This document shows, in pieces, positions 18,921 through 29,233 of a stretch of DNA of 64,000 nucleotides. Position numbers and translations under genes: made by a program. The notes below the pieces were generated by a model. That model saw only the letters and a list, made by a program, of their open reading frames with translations. It was not told the DNA's origin and did not search any database. How positions within the stretch are numbered: position 1 is the stretch's first letter; every line of letters starts with the position of its first letter. Origin of the DNA: a virus (lineage: Duplodnaviria; Caudoviricetes); the IMG/VR virus record IMGVR_UViG_3300027996_003878. One strand, given 5' to 3'.

Positions 18921-19249
18921 AAAAAGAAAAAAAACAATTAGAAGAATCTTTATACGAGCTACAGCAAAATGTTCCATTTAACTTCCTTCTATTACTTTGT
19001 GTCATATTAATGATTCTTGGTAATATAATCAGCGGAGCCATGACAGCTGGTTTGTTTATCTGGAACGCTGTTTTATTGTACTTTTCACTTAATTTCTTTA
19101 TAAATTCAATAAAGTTAAGGGCGAAAAATTTACAGGAAATTTTAGAGTCCCAAGAGGCATTTGAATTTCATGACTATGAAGAATCATCGCCTAAAAAGAA
19201 AGAGACAGGGGAGGAGGGGAGAGCAGAGAAAGATGACTCAGAGAAATGA
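18917..19249 (+). CDS. Two-TM membrane protein
   Basis: Two hydrophobic segments and a charged tail; start overlaps the aceB stop. Confidence 0.6.
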   Translation: MKKEKKQLEESLYELQQNVPFNFLLLLCVILMILGNIISGAMTAGLFIWNAVLLYFSLNFFINSIKLRAKNLQEILESQEAFEFHDYEESSPKKKETGEEGRAEKDDSEK

Positions 19250-20262
19250 AGATAATTTATAGTGCAGGCAACAGAGTCGGGTCAAGCTCGCAATTATTTA
19301 GATTCTTTAATAAAGTATCAAATGAGCATAATATAAAAATAGCTGCATATATAAATTCTAGTGATCATTTTTCGCATATTAATTGGACATTAGACTCTTT
19401 TTATAACAAATATTCTGACAAGAAAGTATCCAAATTAAAAAAGATTATTGAATCAAAACATATGCCAAGAATAAGTGTGAAAGAAGCAATAAATTTCTTG
19501 GAGGATGTTGATCGGTTTGAGCCTGATCTGATAATTTCGGATGGCGAGCAAATATCCGCATTGATAGCGGCCTCATTAGGGGTAAGGCTTTGGTACTGTA
19601 GCCCTTTGCTTTTGCTAGTCAACATGAATTGCAATGAAATAGAAACAAAATATAGACACTCATTAGAAAATACAAAAAGAATAATTTCAGAACTACCAGA
19701 TGCCGAAAGAAACTTTATATACTCTCCATTTGAACTAGTAAAAGAAAGATTTTCAACAAAAGAAAATTATGAATGGATTACCCCTTACCATCATTCAGTT
19801 GAAAGTTTAGAAAAAGATGAAACGTCTTATTTAGCTGTTGTTCCTGACAGCCAACGGCAGCTTAAAATTCAAAAAACATTAAAATGCTCATTAGACAACT
19901 TTTCATTATATAATAATAGCTTCGAGTCAAGTAAAGAAAAAAAATTAAAATATACAAAGCAACTATCAGTTGCAAGCTGGGTGTTCACGACGGGCGAGAC
20001 CAGCTATCTTAGTGATGCTATTTATAATAATGTAGATAAGATGTGTATATCGCCATGTATGAAAGATTCAGAATCACTATTGAACGCATCATTGGTAAGA
20101 GCCTTTGGTTTAGGCTATGAGGCGGGTCAAATAGAGCTTTTAGATAAGTATTCAGTGTGCGAAATACAGCGATCTTTAGAGCGTGGTTATAATCATTTAA
20201 ATACAAACAAATTAAGAGTCCAAAATACTTTAGACGAAAAGGTTAAAGAAATATGCATATAG
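19246..20262 (+). CDS. GT-B fold glycosyltransferase-like protein (MJ1255-like), degenerate N-terminal motif
   Basis: MKIIY start, PDLIISDGEQ, TTGETSYLSDAIY, ESLLNA; the usual GxGH is replaced by GSSSQ. Confidence 0.6.
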   Translation: MKIIYSAGNRVGSSSQLFRFFNKVSNEHNIKIAAYINSSDHFSHINWTLDSFYNKYSDKKVSKLKKIIESKHMPRISVKEAINFLEDVDRFEPDLIISDGEQISALIAASLGVRLWYCSPLLLLVNMNCNEIETKYRHSLENTKRIISELPDAERNFIYSPFELVKERFSTKENYEWITPYHHSVESLEKDETSYLAVVPDSQRQLKIQKTLKCSLDNFSLYNNSFESSKEKKLKYTKQLSVASWVFTTGETSYLSDAIYNNVDKMCISPCMKDSESLLNASLVRAFGLGYEAGQIELLDKYSVCEIQRSLERGYNHLNTNKLRVQNTLDEKVKEICI

Positions 20263-20918
20263 CATTTGATATAGGTAACGTTTTCTTTGAGTTAGAATTG
20301 GGCAATTTTACAGAGGAATTTGACGCTTACTTTAAAGGTAGATATGATTCAATTTTATTCTTAAAAGAACTGCAAGGTCCTCAAGATACCGGCTTAACAA
20401 ATATAAGAAGAAACTTAGAGATATTAATACATAAAATTTATCCTAAAGAAAGCTCAAGCTCAATAAACGAATCAATTGACAAGCTGTGCGGGGCTTGGTG
20501 TAATATTTTGAAACCATCAGAGATAATGTTAGAATTCTCTGAAGAATTAAAAAATGATGGGATTAAGGTTGCATTGCTAAGCAACGTTGGGCAAGAGCAT
20601 GCAGAATATTTAAGTAACAATTATTCCAATCTTTTTAATAATGCCACCTTGCATTTAAGCTATGAAGTTGGGGCTAGGAAGCCCAGCGATTTATACTTCA
20701 AAAGCTTTTTGTCGGATCATCCTGATTTTAAAAATTGCATATACTTAGATGATTTAAAAGAAAATGTAGATAAAGGATTAAAATATAAATTTGACGCTCG
20801 TGTGTTTAATATTAACGATTTTAAAAGCGCTGAAAATAAATTAAAAGAATATATTAAAAAAATCAAAGAAGATATAAAAGTCTCCAGAAATATGGCTGGA
20901 TGTGATTTTTATATATAA
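20253..20918 (+). CDS. HAD-family hydrolase
   Basis: FDIGNV motif I, LLSN, RKP, YLDD. Confidence 0.85.
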   Translation: MHIAFDIGNVFFELELGNFTEEFDAYFKGRYDSILFLKELQGPQDTGLTNIRRNLEILIHKIYPKESSSSINESIDKLCGAWCNILKPSEIMLEFSEELKNDGIKVALLSNVGQEHAEYLSNNYSNLFNNATLHLSYEVGARKPSDLYFKSFLSDHPDFKNCIYLDDLKENVDKGLKYKFDARVFNINDFKSAENKLKEYIKKIKEDIKVSRNMAGCDFYI

Positions 20919-20954
20919 TTACGCCGGCCTTGTTATATACAATACAGGACCATA

Positions 20955-21125
20955 ATGATCTTTTATAAGAAATTAACGCAGGAAGAGGTTTTGGAGGCAA
21001 TAGCTCATTTGACCGTGCAAACTTTACCTGAAGATGTAAAAGGTGAAATAATTTTACATGCTTACGATGATGGATCTATTGAAATAACAGTGGTTGAGGA
21101 CGCTAAAGGCACTTCATTAAATTAA
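20955..21125 (+). CDS. Small hypothetical protein (56 aa)
   Basis: Read manually: MIFYKKLTQEEVLEAIAHL...KGTSLN; CAGGAC upstream. Confidence 0.5.
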   Translation: MIFYKKLTQEEVLEAIAHLTVQTLPEDVKGEIILHAYDDGSIEITVVEDAKGTSLN

Positions 21126-21148
21126 ATATTTCTTATAAAATATCCCAC

Positions 21149-21177
21149 TTGACTTGCGAAAAATTGATACCTATTAT
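21149..21177 (+). promoter_or_regulatory. Sigma70-type promoter upstream of Hsp20
   Basis: TTGACT-17 bp-TATTAT. Confidence 0.65.
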
Positions 21178-21185
21178 CACGCAGC

Positions 21186-21692
21186 ATGCTAATGGCGTGC
21201 CTAACAAAAAAAAGGTGTCAAATGATGAATCCATATTTTACAAACCCAATAGCCAGCCTCTTTGATGAATTAACCAATATTAGCAATAATTGGGATACAA
21301 AAGATGCAAGCGCTTATGCTAATAATATATTAAATTCAAAGTCACTAACGGTAAGGTTTAGTAGCGTAGAGGATAATGATTATTATTATATAAGAGTTTT
21401 GTCTCCTGGATTTAAAGAGGATGAATTAAATATCTCAATTCAGCAAAATCGCCTCACGGTTACCGCAAAGAAGGGTGAAAAAGTAGTAAATAACTACAAT
21501 CAGCTGTTTTGCTCTGAAGTAAATGGCTTTGAAAAGTCATTTTTAATTCCGCAAAACATTGACACTGCAAAAATAACAGCAGAATATAGATCTGGCATTC
21601 TTGTTGTTTCAATTCCAAAGCAAAACATTAATAAAGAAGAGCCGCAAAATATAAAAATATCATTTGGCGATAAAGCTGCAATTCAAAATTAG
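21186..21692 (+). CDS. Hsp20/alpha-crystallin small heat-shock protein
   Basis: PGFKEDELNISI, FEKSFLIP, AEYRSGILVVSIPK. Confidence 0.9.
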   Translation: MLMACLTKKRCQMMNPYFTNPIASLFDELTNISNNWDTKDASAYANNILNSKSLTVRFSSVEDNDYYYIRVLSPGFKEDELNISIQQNRLTVTAKKGEKVVNNYNQLFCSEVNGFEKSFLIPQNIDTAKITAEYRSGILVVSIPKQNINKEEPQNIKISFGDKAAIQN

Positions 21693-21712
21693 CTCATCAT
21701 ACATTTGTCGAT

Positions 21713-21751
21713 AATCCCCACTGCTCTATGTTAGTAGTGGGGATTCTTTTT
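21713..21751 (+). terminator. Intrinsic terminator after Hsp20
   Basis: AATCCCCACTGCT...AGTAGTGGGGATT followed by CTTTTT. Confidence 0.75.
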
Positions 21752-21761
21752 AATTAACTAT

Positions 21762-22805
21762 TTGGATGAAAGTATGAACGTTACCAAAGGCCTTACATTT
21801 GATGATGTCTTGCTTGTACCGAAACACAGCAAAATATCTAGTAGAAAATTAATTAATTTAGATTTAAATTTAAGCAATGATGTAAAATTAAATATTCCTG
21901 TCGTTTCAGCTAATATGAAAAATGTTACTGAGGCAGAAATGGCAACGGCAATATCCAATCAAGGCGGCCTTGCACTGCTGCATCGCTTTTGCTCTATAGA
22001 AAAGCAAATTAAAATGTTCACAGAATCAACTCAAGGGGGACAGCAGAACGTAGGATGCTCTGTTGGTGTTGGCAAGGAAGATTCTGAAAAGGCTGATTTG
22101 CTTTATGATAAGGGCTGCAAGATTTTTTGTGTCGATGTAGCTCACGGAGATCATGAAAATTGCTGCCGCACAACTAATTACCTAGCAAATAAATTTGACG
22201 ATTGTCTTATAATCTCAGGGAACGTTTGCACTGGTGAGGGGGCTAAAAGGCTTTTCAATTCGGGTGCTAAAGTGATTAAGGTCGGAGTGGGGCCTGGAAG
22301 TCTTTGCACTACACGGATTGACACCGGCAACGGTTATCCTCAGCTTACAGCCCTAGAGAGCGTTTTTAATGAGAGTAGATCTTGGAATTATGCCTTAAAG
22401 CATGAGAGAAATAGAAAATTCAAGATTATAGCTGATGGCGGCATTAGGAATGGCGGCGACATTATTAAAGCTTTGTGCTTTTCAGATTCAGTAATGCTTG
22501 GCAGCTTGCTTGCAGGAACTGACGAAGCGCCCGGCAACATAATTAAATTAGACGGCAAAACTTACAAAGAGTATGCGGGCAGCAGTACTCATAAAAATAA
22601 TTACATTGAAGGTGTAAAAGCAATAGTTCCAATAAAAGGCCCTGTTACGAGCATAATTACAAGGTTAATGGAAGGATTGAGGAGCGGCCTTTCCTATCAG
22701 GGTTGCACCGATCTAGAGGAGCTTAAAGTACATCCAGAATTTGTATCCATCAGCAACGCCGGCTTAATCGAAAGCCGGCCGCACGATGTTATAATATCTT
22801 CTTAA
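21762..22805 (+). CDS. IMP dehydrogenase/GMP reductase family protein (no CBS domain, short flap)
   Basis: LTFDDVLLVP, VDVAHG, GVGPGSLCTTR, IIADGGIR, GLRSGLSYQG. Confidence 0.9.
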   Translation: MDESMNVTKGLTFDDVLLVPKHSKISSRKLINLDLNLSNDVKLNIPVVSANMKNVTEAEMATAISNQGGLALLHRFCSIEKQIKMFTESTQGGQQNVGCSVGVGKEDSEKADLLYDKGCKIFCVDVAHGDHENCCRTTNYLANKFDDCLIISGNVCTGEGAKRLFNSGAKVIKVGVGPGSLCTTRIDTGNGYPQLTALESVFNESRSWNYALKHERNRKFKIIADGGIRNGGDIIKALCFSDSVMLGSLLAGTDEAPGNIIKLDGKTYKEYAGSSTHKNNYIEGVKAIVPIKGPVTSIITRLMEGLRSGLSYQGCTDLEELKVHPEFVSISNAGLIESRPHDVIISS

Positions 22806-22850
22806 AATATTATAATAAATAATTAAGCTCAACTTAGAAGGAGTGCTGTT

Positions 22851-23702
22851 GTGTATATTATGCAGGAATACGACGAGGCTCTGAGGCACATTATTAAAAA
22901 TGGAGTTAGAAGATCAAATCGTACAAATATAGATACGATATCTGTATTTGGATATCAGGCTAGATACTCAATATCTGAACATTTCCCAATTTTAACAAAA
23001 AGGAAAATGTTTTACAAATCTATATTTAAAGAATTATTATGGATTCTTTCAGGCTCTACAAATGTTAATGAGCTAGAGTCAATGGGATCAAAAATTTGGT
23101 CCGCATGGCGAGATAAAGGATTTGAAAATAGCAATGGGTATGACGATGGTGATTTAGGTCCAATTTACGGCTGGCAATTAAGGCATTTTGGCGGCGATTA
23201 CAAAGACAAAAAGTCGGGCTTTGATCAGCTAAAATATGTGGCTAATGAGTTAAAAAATAATAAATTCTCTCGTAGAATTTTATTCACTTACTGGAATGCC
23301 CCCGATGTAACCAGCAATCGAGTAAAACTACCGCCGTGCCATCACACATTTCAACTTTATGTTGATAATAATGACAGATTAAGCGGAATGCTGTATCAAA
23401 GATCTGCGGACTATCCAATTGGAGTTCCAGCAAATATTCAATTCTACTCCGCCTTAATATATATGCTAGCTCAGCAGTGTGGAAATCAATTTACACCTCA
23501 TGAGCTTATTCACTCTACAGGTGATAGCCATATTTACCTCAATCAAGTTGACGCGGTTGAAGAATACTTAAACAGAGAAAAAACAAACTCCCCTAAATTA
23601 ATATTAAATAAAGCTAAAGATATTTTCTCTTATTCTATAAATGACTTTGAAGTAATTAATTATAATCCACAAGGAAAAATAAAAATACCTGTAGAAGTGT
23701 AG
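22851..23702 (+). CDS. thyA: Thymidylate synthase
   Basis: ELLWILSG, LPPCH, YQRSADYPIGVPANI, GDSHIY. Confidence 0.97.
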   Translation: MYIMQEYDEALRHIIKNGVRRSNRTNIDTISVFGYQARYSISEHFPILTKRKMFYKSIFKELLWILSGSTNVNELESMGSKIWSAWRDKGFENSNGYDDGDLGPIYGWQLRHFGGDYKDKKSGFDQLKYVANELKNNKFSRRILFTYWNAPDVTSNRVKLPPCHHTFQLYVDNNDRLSGMLYQRSADYPIGVPANIQFYSALIYMLAQQCGNQFTPHELIHSTGDSHIYLNQVDAVEEYLNREKTNSPKLILNKAKDIFSYSINDFEVINYNPQGKIKIPVEV

Positions 23703-23708
23703 TAAAAA

Positions 23709-24224
23709 ATGTTTAATATCATTGTTGCTACTGACAAAAACCAGGGTATCGGTAAAAATGGAAAATTACCATGGAAGCTAAGGGCTGACATGCAATTTTT
23801 CAAAAAAACAACCACGTTTTGTCCAGAAAGTAATATGAAAAATGCAGTCATTATGGGCAGAAAAACTTATGAGTCAATTCCCTTAAAATTTAGACCGCTG
23901 AATAATCGTTTAAATATAGTATTGACAAAAAATCATGAATATAAGCAAGATAATGTCATTACTGCACATCAGTTTGATGAGGTTTTAGAAATGTTAGACA
24001 AAAAGTCTGATATATATAACGTTTTTATAATAGGCGGAGGTGAAATATACAAAGAAGCTATATTTCACAGCCAATGCAAGCGAGTATATAGAACTGTAAT
24101 AAATAAAAATTTCAATTGCGATACGTTTTTTCCAAAATTCGAAAGTAAATTCTACCTAGAAAACGAATCAAATTTAAAATTTGAAAATGAAATAAGTTAT
24201 CAGTTTCAAACTTGGAGTAAATAA
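23709..24224 (+). CDS. folA: Dihydrofolate reductase
   Basis: GIGKNGKLPW, IMGRKTYES, RPLNNR, IIGGGEIY, CDTFFP. Confidence 0.97.
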   Translation: MFNIIVATDKNQGIGKNGKLPWKLRADMQFFKKTTTFCPESNMKNAVIMGRKTYESIPLKFRPLNNRLNIVLTKNHEYKQDNVITAHQFDEVLEMLDKKSDIYNVFIIGGGEIYKEAIFHSQCKRVYRTVINKNFNCDTFFPKFESKFYLENESNLKFENEISYQFQTWSK

Positions 24225-24238
24225 AATGGAGAGTTAAT

Positions 24239-24922
24239 ATGTTAAGTTTTATAAAATTTATTCAAATTCCTGTAATTTCAACATCATTTCTAGTGCTGGC
24301 AAATGCTGGCAATTTAAAAAAACCAACATGTCCAGCCGATATGGTGGCTGTAAATAACAATACATGCATAGACAAATACGAATGGCCAAATAAAAAGGGA
24401 GAGCTGCCCTTAGTTGGGGCTAGCGGCTTGCCAGAGCCACGAGACATTAAGAATAAAGAGACTTGGGATGCAGACTCTTTTTGCAAAAGTGTTGGAAAAA
24501 GAGTTTGCTGGGCCGATGAGTGGGTTAAGGCTTGTAAAGGAAAAAACAACTCGCCCTATCCATGGGGAAGTCAAGTTCCAAAGTACATTCCAGGTGAGTT
24601 TGACTCGCATTTGGCTTGTAACTTTGGAAAGCAATATATTGGACCAGATGAGTATAAGATATACCTGAGGGATAAGAAGGAGATGGCTAGGCTTGATCTC
24701 CGAGAGCCTAGTGGCGAGCGCAATCAGTGCAAAAGCGAAGTAGGCGCCTTTGATATGGTAGGAAATGTCGAAGAGTGGGTTCGATGTCGCAGTAAAACTG
24801 GCTGGTGCTTAGCGGGAAGGTATTGGTCTGAATTGTACAGATGCGATCAGCTAATTGGCTCACACGCACCAAAATGGCACTATTATCAATCAGGATTTAG
24901 GTGCTGCAAAGATTTGAATTAA
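24239..24922 (+). CDS. Secreted formylglycine-generating-enzyme (SUMF1/FGE-sulfatase)-domain protein
   Basis: CPADMV, CIDKYE, EWVKACKG, YPWG, FDMVGNVEEW, GFRCC. Confidence 0.85.
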   Translation: MLSFIKFIQIPVISTSFLVLANAGNLKKPTCPADMVAVNNNTCIDKYEWPNKKGELPLVGASGLPEPRDIKNKETWDADSFCKSVGKRVCWADEWVKACKGKNNSPYPWGSQVPKYIPGEFDSHLACNFGKQYIGPDEYKIYLRDKKEMARLDLREPSGERNQCKSEVGAFDMVGNVEEWVRCRSKTGWCLAGRYWSELYRCDQLIGSHAPKWHYYQSGFRCCKDLN

Positions 24923-24959
24923 ATAAACGTAAAATAAATAGATAGATATAGAGTAAAAA

Positions 24960-25577
24960 ATGTTTAAAGAAGCCCTTATAATTACAATGATATCTGTACT
25001 TTCACGAGAAATGCCGGATATTAACACTAAAAAAAGAACACAGCGTCGCGAATCCGTAGTAACACTAAGCAAGTTAGCCTACAAGGTGGCAGAGCGTGAG
25101 GCCCTTATTAGCAGAAAAGTTGATTCTGCGTTGCTTTTGGCAACTATGTACCGCGAAAGCAGGCTTAATATCAAAACCCCTGATGGTGACTGTAAAGCTA
25201 CAGGCTGGGGAAGTTCGCTGAGAAAAAGCTGTCCCGCAAAAGGCGTTATGCAAATAATGTCAACTAATCGTAAAATATTTAATAAACTACCTCAATCGAA
25301 ATTAGACCCTAAAATACCAAATAAAATTTCGATTAAAATGCTTTATGAACCTGAGTTGAACATAAGGTTAGGCTATGTTGCTTTGCACTATTGGAAAGAC
25401 ACATGTGGCGGCCCTCCTGGAGTTTGGATGACTGCATACCGTCGCGGCAAATGCTCTAGAAAATTTAAAATTAATCGAATTGATAAAGAGGCAAAAATTC
25501 GATGCAAAATAGCAACTATTATTCTTAAAAAGACAAATTCTTTACCAAAGAACTGGAAATGTTCAAGTGAGAATTAA
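24960..25577 (+). CDS. Lytic transglycosylase (SLT) domain protein
   Basis: MYRES catalytic Glu, AKGVMQI, LYEPELNIRLG, AYRRG. Confidence 0.8.
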   Translation: MFKEALIITMISVLSREMPDINTKKRTQRRESVVTLSKLAYKVAEREALISRKVDSALLLATMYRESRLNIKTPDGDCKATGWGSSLRKSCPAKGVMQIMSTNRKIFNKLPQSKLDPKIPNKISIKMLYEPELNIRLGYVALHYWKDTCGGPPGVWMTAYRRGKCSRKFKINRIDKEAKIRCKIATIILKKTNSLPKNWKCSSEN

Positions 25578-25593
25578 AAAATAGAGTAACCAT

Positions 25594-25625
25594 AAAAAAG
25601 CCACTTTAAAGTGGCTTTTTTTTTA
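25594..25625. terminator. Palindromic intrinsic terminator
   Basis: AAAAAAGCCACTTTAAAGTGGCTTTTTT. Confidence 0.8.
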
Positions 25626-25656
25626 TATGGTTATAATATTAAAATATAAAAGTGAT

Positions 25657-26154
25657 ATGAAAAAAATTCACAAAATAGCTCAATCATTTAAAGTCTCATT
25701 AGGCAGCCATGAATGCCTTTCAGACTTATTAGCATGCATGCGCGCCGTGGCTGACCTACACCAAACTCACCACTGGCAGACTAGAGGTAGTAGCTATTAT
25801 GGCGATCACTTGTTATTTGAAAGAATATACAATGAAAGCCAAAGCTTTGTTGATCAACTTGCAGAAAAAGCAATTGGCTTAGGCAATGCTGATTTGGTAG
25901 ATTTGTGCAAACAAAGCGAACTTAGACATAAAAAAATATTAGAGATGTGTGGAGAAACTTCAAATGTTTCTCCGCAAGAGATGGTCGAGCGATCTCTCAA
26001 GGCAGAAAAAAAATTAATTGAAATGACAAAGAACTCAATCAGCTCCCTTGAGAGCTGCAATCAATTGACACATGGATTAAGCAACCTACTAGAAGGAATT
26101 GCTGACGCACATGAAGGTTTTGTATATTTGTTAAAACAACGTGAAGAGGGTTAG
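25657..26154 (+). CDS. Dps/ferritin-like protein with N-terminal shared peptide
   Basis: HQTHHW...YGDHLLFERIY...DQLAEK...HEGFVYLL; likely start MKKIHKIAQSF. Confidence 0.8.
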   Translation: MKKIHKIAQSFKVSLGSHECLSDLLACMRAVADLHQTHHWQTRGSSYYGDHLLFERIYNESQSFVDQLAEKAIGLGNADLVDLCKQSELRHKKILEMCGETSNVSPQEMVERSLKAEKKLIEMTKNSISSLESCNQLTHGLSNLLEGIADAHEGFVYLLKQREEG

Positions 26155-26339
26155 CCAGAAATAGCTTCCTCTTCCTCGCCCTCGTCTTTGGGGCTTGCTA
26201 TTTTTACAAAAACGTCAACTGCATGCTCCTCCCCAACCTCTCCAATCATTTCATTTAAATTTCGCAAAGCCTCACTGAAGGTTAATTTTCCTAATTCATA
26301 ATCTACACATATAATACACATAATTTATTAAACTGCCTT

Positions 26340-26846
26340 TCAATTAATACTTTTGCCAAATATAGATGTTGGATTAATTAAGCTTCCACCAGAGCGCACT
26401 TCAAAGTGCAAATGAGGAGATGTCCCTTTTGCGTTTCCTGTGTCTCCAACATAACCAATAACATCATTCATGCCAACCTCATCGCCAACATTAAATTTAC
26501 CAAATGAGTCCAAGTGCATATACGATGAGCGAACGTCATTGTTGTCTTGGATAATGATCATTTTTCCAGATTTACTCCCTGTCATTTTTTTAATTATTTT
26601 GCCAGGTCCTAATGGGTAGACAGGAGTACCGCGAGGGGCGAACAGATCTATCCCCCTGTGCCCGGTTGGATGTCGAGGATCAGTTGCCATATTTGGAGAA
26701 TAATCTCCAGGGTACTTGTGCTCACCAGCCCCTCTAGTGGGGTCTTGGTAGCGCTCAGCTTGCCCCTCATCAGAGCCGGAAGAAGGGAGAGTTACGCCAA
26801 GCAAATCAGCTATTGCATTAACTAGATCTTGAGTATCATTCATCAC
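26340..26846 (-). CDS. M23-family peptidase
   Basis: HRGIDL, YMHL, VGDTGNA, PHLHFE. Confidence 0.92.
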   Translation of the reverse strand: MMNDTQDLVNAIADLLGVTLPSSGSDEGQAERYQDPTRGAGEHKYPGDYSPNMATDPRHPTGHRGIDLFAPRGTPVYPLGPGKIIKKMTGSKSGKMIIIQDNNDVRSSYMHLDSFGKFNVGDEVGMNDVIGYVGDTGNAKGTSPHLHFEVRSGGSLINPTSIFGKSIN

Positions 26847-26927
26847 ATAAGCCTTTAAATAAGTTTTAATAATATATTTGATTAATGATACATATCGAGT
26901 TAAACCCCGACACCATTTTAGAAGATC

Positions 26928-27149
26928 ATGATGGATGATTTAAAATATTATACAATAAAACTAGAGGCATTTGTCCCTACAGAAATTGAATATCGAGTCC
27001 TCGCCAGCAATCCCGAAGAAGCATTAGAGTTGATTGCGAAAAAAGCACCCAACAATAGGCCGAAACAAAGATTATCAAGAATGAAAAAAATAAAGGCGCA
27101 AGTTTATCTGGCCGGAACAACAATAATTAAACTATCAAGAAAATTTTAA
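26928..27149 (+). CDS. Hypothetical protein
   Basis: 73-aa ORF abutting the exonuclease gene. Confidence 0.6.
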   Translation: MMDDLKYYTIKLEAFVPTEIEYRVLASNPEEALELIAKKAPNNRPKQRLSRMKKIKAQVYLAGTTIIKLSRKF

Positions 27150-27728
27150 ATGTTAAATTATTACGTAATAGACACGGAAACAACCGGACTAACACCGGGA
27201 CACCATGAAGTAGTGGAAATTTCCATCATCCGCTGTTCAGACAGACATCAGTTAACAAAATTCATAAAAGCGGAGCACCCAGACAGAAGCTCACCTTACG
27301 CATTAAAAATAACAAAAAAAAGTATGGCAGATTTGAAAGTAGGCGAGTCAAAAGAAGATGTCGTCAGCGCTTGCAATAACTTTTTCAATCAAGATAATAA
27401 AACCCCAGAACACCGCTGTATCGTTGCCCATAATGCAAAATTTGATAAGAACTTTTGCCATGCGTTATGGCAAAGTGTTAATCAGGAATTTCCAGCTGTA
27501 TGCTGGCTAGACACAATGTCATTAGCGAAAAAATGGGCAAAAAAGAACGGCATAAATCGACCAAAACTAAGCCTGGCATCAGTTATAAATTTTACAGGCG
27601 TCATGCCCGTCCCTGGAGAGCACACTGCAAAGGCAGATGCGCGAAATACATATTTAGTATGGAAGAAAAATATGGACGAAAATATTGACTATCTGACTTC
27701 AATTAAAAGATATCCTCATATTTTTTAA
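27150..27728 (+). CDS. DEDDh 3'-5' exonuclease (DnaQ-like)
   Basis: IDTETTG, AHNAKFD, HTAKAD. Confidence 0.92.
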   Translation: MLNYYVIDTETTGLTPGHHEVVEISIIRCSDRHQLTKFIKAEHPDRSSPYALKITKKSMADLKVGESKEDVVSACNNFFNQDNKTPEHRCIVAHNAKFDKNFCHALWQSVNQEFPAVCWLDTMSLAKKWAKKNGINRPKLSLASVINFTGVMPVPGEHTAKADARNTYLVWKKNMDENIDYLTSIKRYPHIF

Positions 27729-27800
27729 TAACGACAAGGTAAGTTTGCAATAAATAATTATTATATAGAACGATAACAATCCATTAGAAAAGGAAACAAA

Positions 27801-27977
27801 ATGACTTACGAATATAGATGCAAAAAGTGTGATCATCAGTGGGAGGCTCAGCAAAAAATAACCGAGGAGCCCATCACACATTGCCCTGAGTGTAACACGG
27901 AAAACGCTGAGAGATTAATCTCGTGCAAAAATGGCTTCATACTCAAAGGTGGAGGCTGGTTTAGACAGGGGTACTAA
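27801..27977 (+). CDS. FmdB-family zinc-ribbon protein (58 aa)
   Basis: Read manually: MTYEYRCKKC...CPEC...LIS...FILKGGGW. Confidence 0.85.
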   Translation: MTYEYRCKKCDHQWEAQQKITEEPITHCPECNTENAERLISCKNGFILKGGGWFRQGY

Positions 27978-27982
27978 TCTGA

Positions 27983-28762
27983 ATGACAATTTTAGATAAC
28001 GATCAAGCAATTTATTATCTTGCTAAGTGGCTGATCGAAAGAAAAAATGAGGTAAATAAAAATGGATTTCTGATTGAGTTAGCCAACAGAAACAGCTTAT
28101 TGGCTGCAAAAATTTGTGAAAAGACAAAATCGAAAACCTACCTAGTAATAAATAAAAACAATAAAGATAAAGATAAAAAATTAAAATTAATTAAAGAAAA
28201 TATAAAATTAAAAAATTTTAAAATAATTCAAATCGATGATGCAAAGGCATTAGGCGGCTCAAAAGACTTGCTTGCCAGTGCAGGCGTTAACTTAAATGAA
28301 AATCGTTTAAAATATTTTTTAAAGCCTGTAATTTCCTTTATAGCGAAGGATGAAAATTTGCTTATTATAAATTGCCTTAGCCGAAATCACTACAGATTAA
28401 TTAGAGATTATAAAAAAGACCTTGATGTTCACGGTGATTTATTATTATTTTCAGATATATATCAAAGTGAATTGGATGAATTGTATTTCTATGCAACTAA
28501 AGAGAGCAATAATATTAATGAGTGTTTTTTCAATTTAAATATCACACATAGTGAAGTTGAGTGGTTAGACAGAAAAGATGTAAAAACAAATGTAGTAACT
28601 AATTGTACAGATCCAGCAAAATCAAGAGAGTGGCCGTCATTTACAGGTCGCCAAAAGCAAATAATATCCTACATTCATCAAGTTGAAAAATCATCAAGGC
28701 ACAGGCAAATATTCAACGTACCAGAATGTAAGATAAGAAATAAAGAAGGGCTCATAAAATGA
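27983..28762 (+). CDS. Hypothetical protein
   Basis: 259-aa ORF in operon context. Confidence 0.65.
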   Translation: MTILDNDQAIYYLAKWLIERKNEVNKNGFLIELANRNSLLAAKICEKTKSKTYLVINKNNKDKDKKLKLIKENIKLKNFKIIQIDDAKALGGSKDLLASAGVNLNENRLKYFLKPVISFIAKDENLLIINCLSRNHYRLIRDYKKDLDVHGDLLLFSDIYQSELDELYFYATKESNNINECFFNLNITHSEVEWLDRKDVKTNVVTNCTDPAKSREWPSFTGRQKQIISYIHQVEKSSRHRQIFNVPECKIRNKEGLIK

Positions 28763-29229
28763 AAAGACAGATAATATTCATATTAAATATATTATTAATA
28801 TTTTTAATATCAGCGTGCGGTGCATCTAGCCCTCCAGAGGCTAAATTTTTAATTCCGAATCACTATTCAAAGTTTGAGTGGTATCCACTTACACAAAATA
28901 CCATTTCAAAAGCATTAATGAATGATAAGCTTATGCTTCTTTATATATACAAAGATGAATGTGAGTCATGCACGAATTTTAAAAAGACAACGCTCACTAG
29001 CCCATGCTTGTATGAATTGATGGACGAAGAGTATTTATTTGTTGCAATAAATGCTAAAAAAATTCCTAGCATTCTTCTGAAAGTGTCAGACTTTGACAAA
29101 AAAGAAATTACAATGCCACTGACCGCCTTCTACAATCCAAGAAAAGGGATAATTCCGTTTCGACTGTACGGATCTGTGAGTTCAGAAAATTATTGTGAAG
29201 TGCTAAAGTTAGTAAGAAAAAACTATTGA
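28759..29229 (+). CDS. Thioredoxin-fold lipoprotein
   Basis: Lipobox ISAC, CESC active site, later MP cis-Pro-like motif. Confidence 0.75.
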   Translation: MKRQIIFILNILLIFLISACGASSPPEAKFLIPNHYSKFEWYPLTQNTISKALMNDKLMLLYIYKDECESCTNFKKTTLTSPCLYELMDEEYLFVAINAKKIPSILLKVSDFDKKEITMPLTAFYNPRKGIIPFRLYGSVSSENYCEVLKLVRKNY

Positions 29230-29233
29230 TAAA

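Noticed and set aside
22851-23702. Intron in thyA, a common phage intron site
   Set aside because: The ORF is continuous, of normal length and has all motifs in order.
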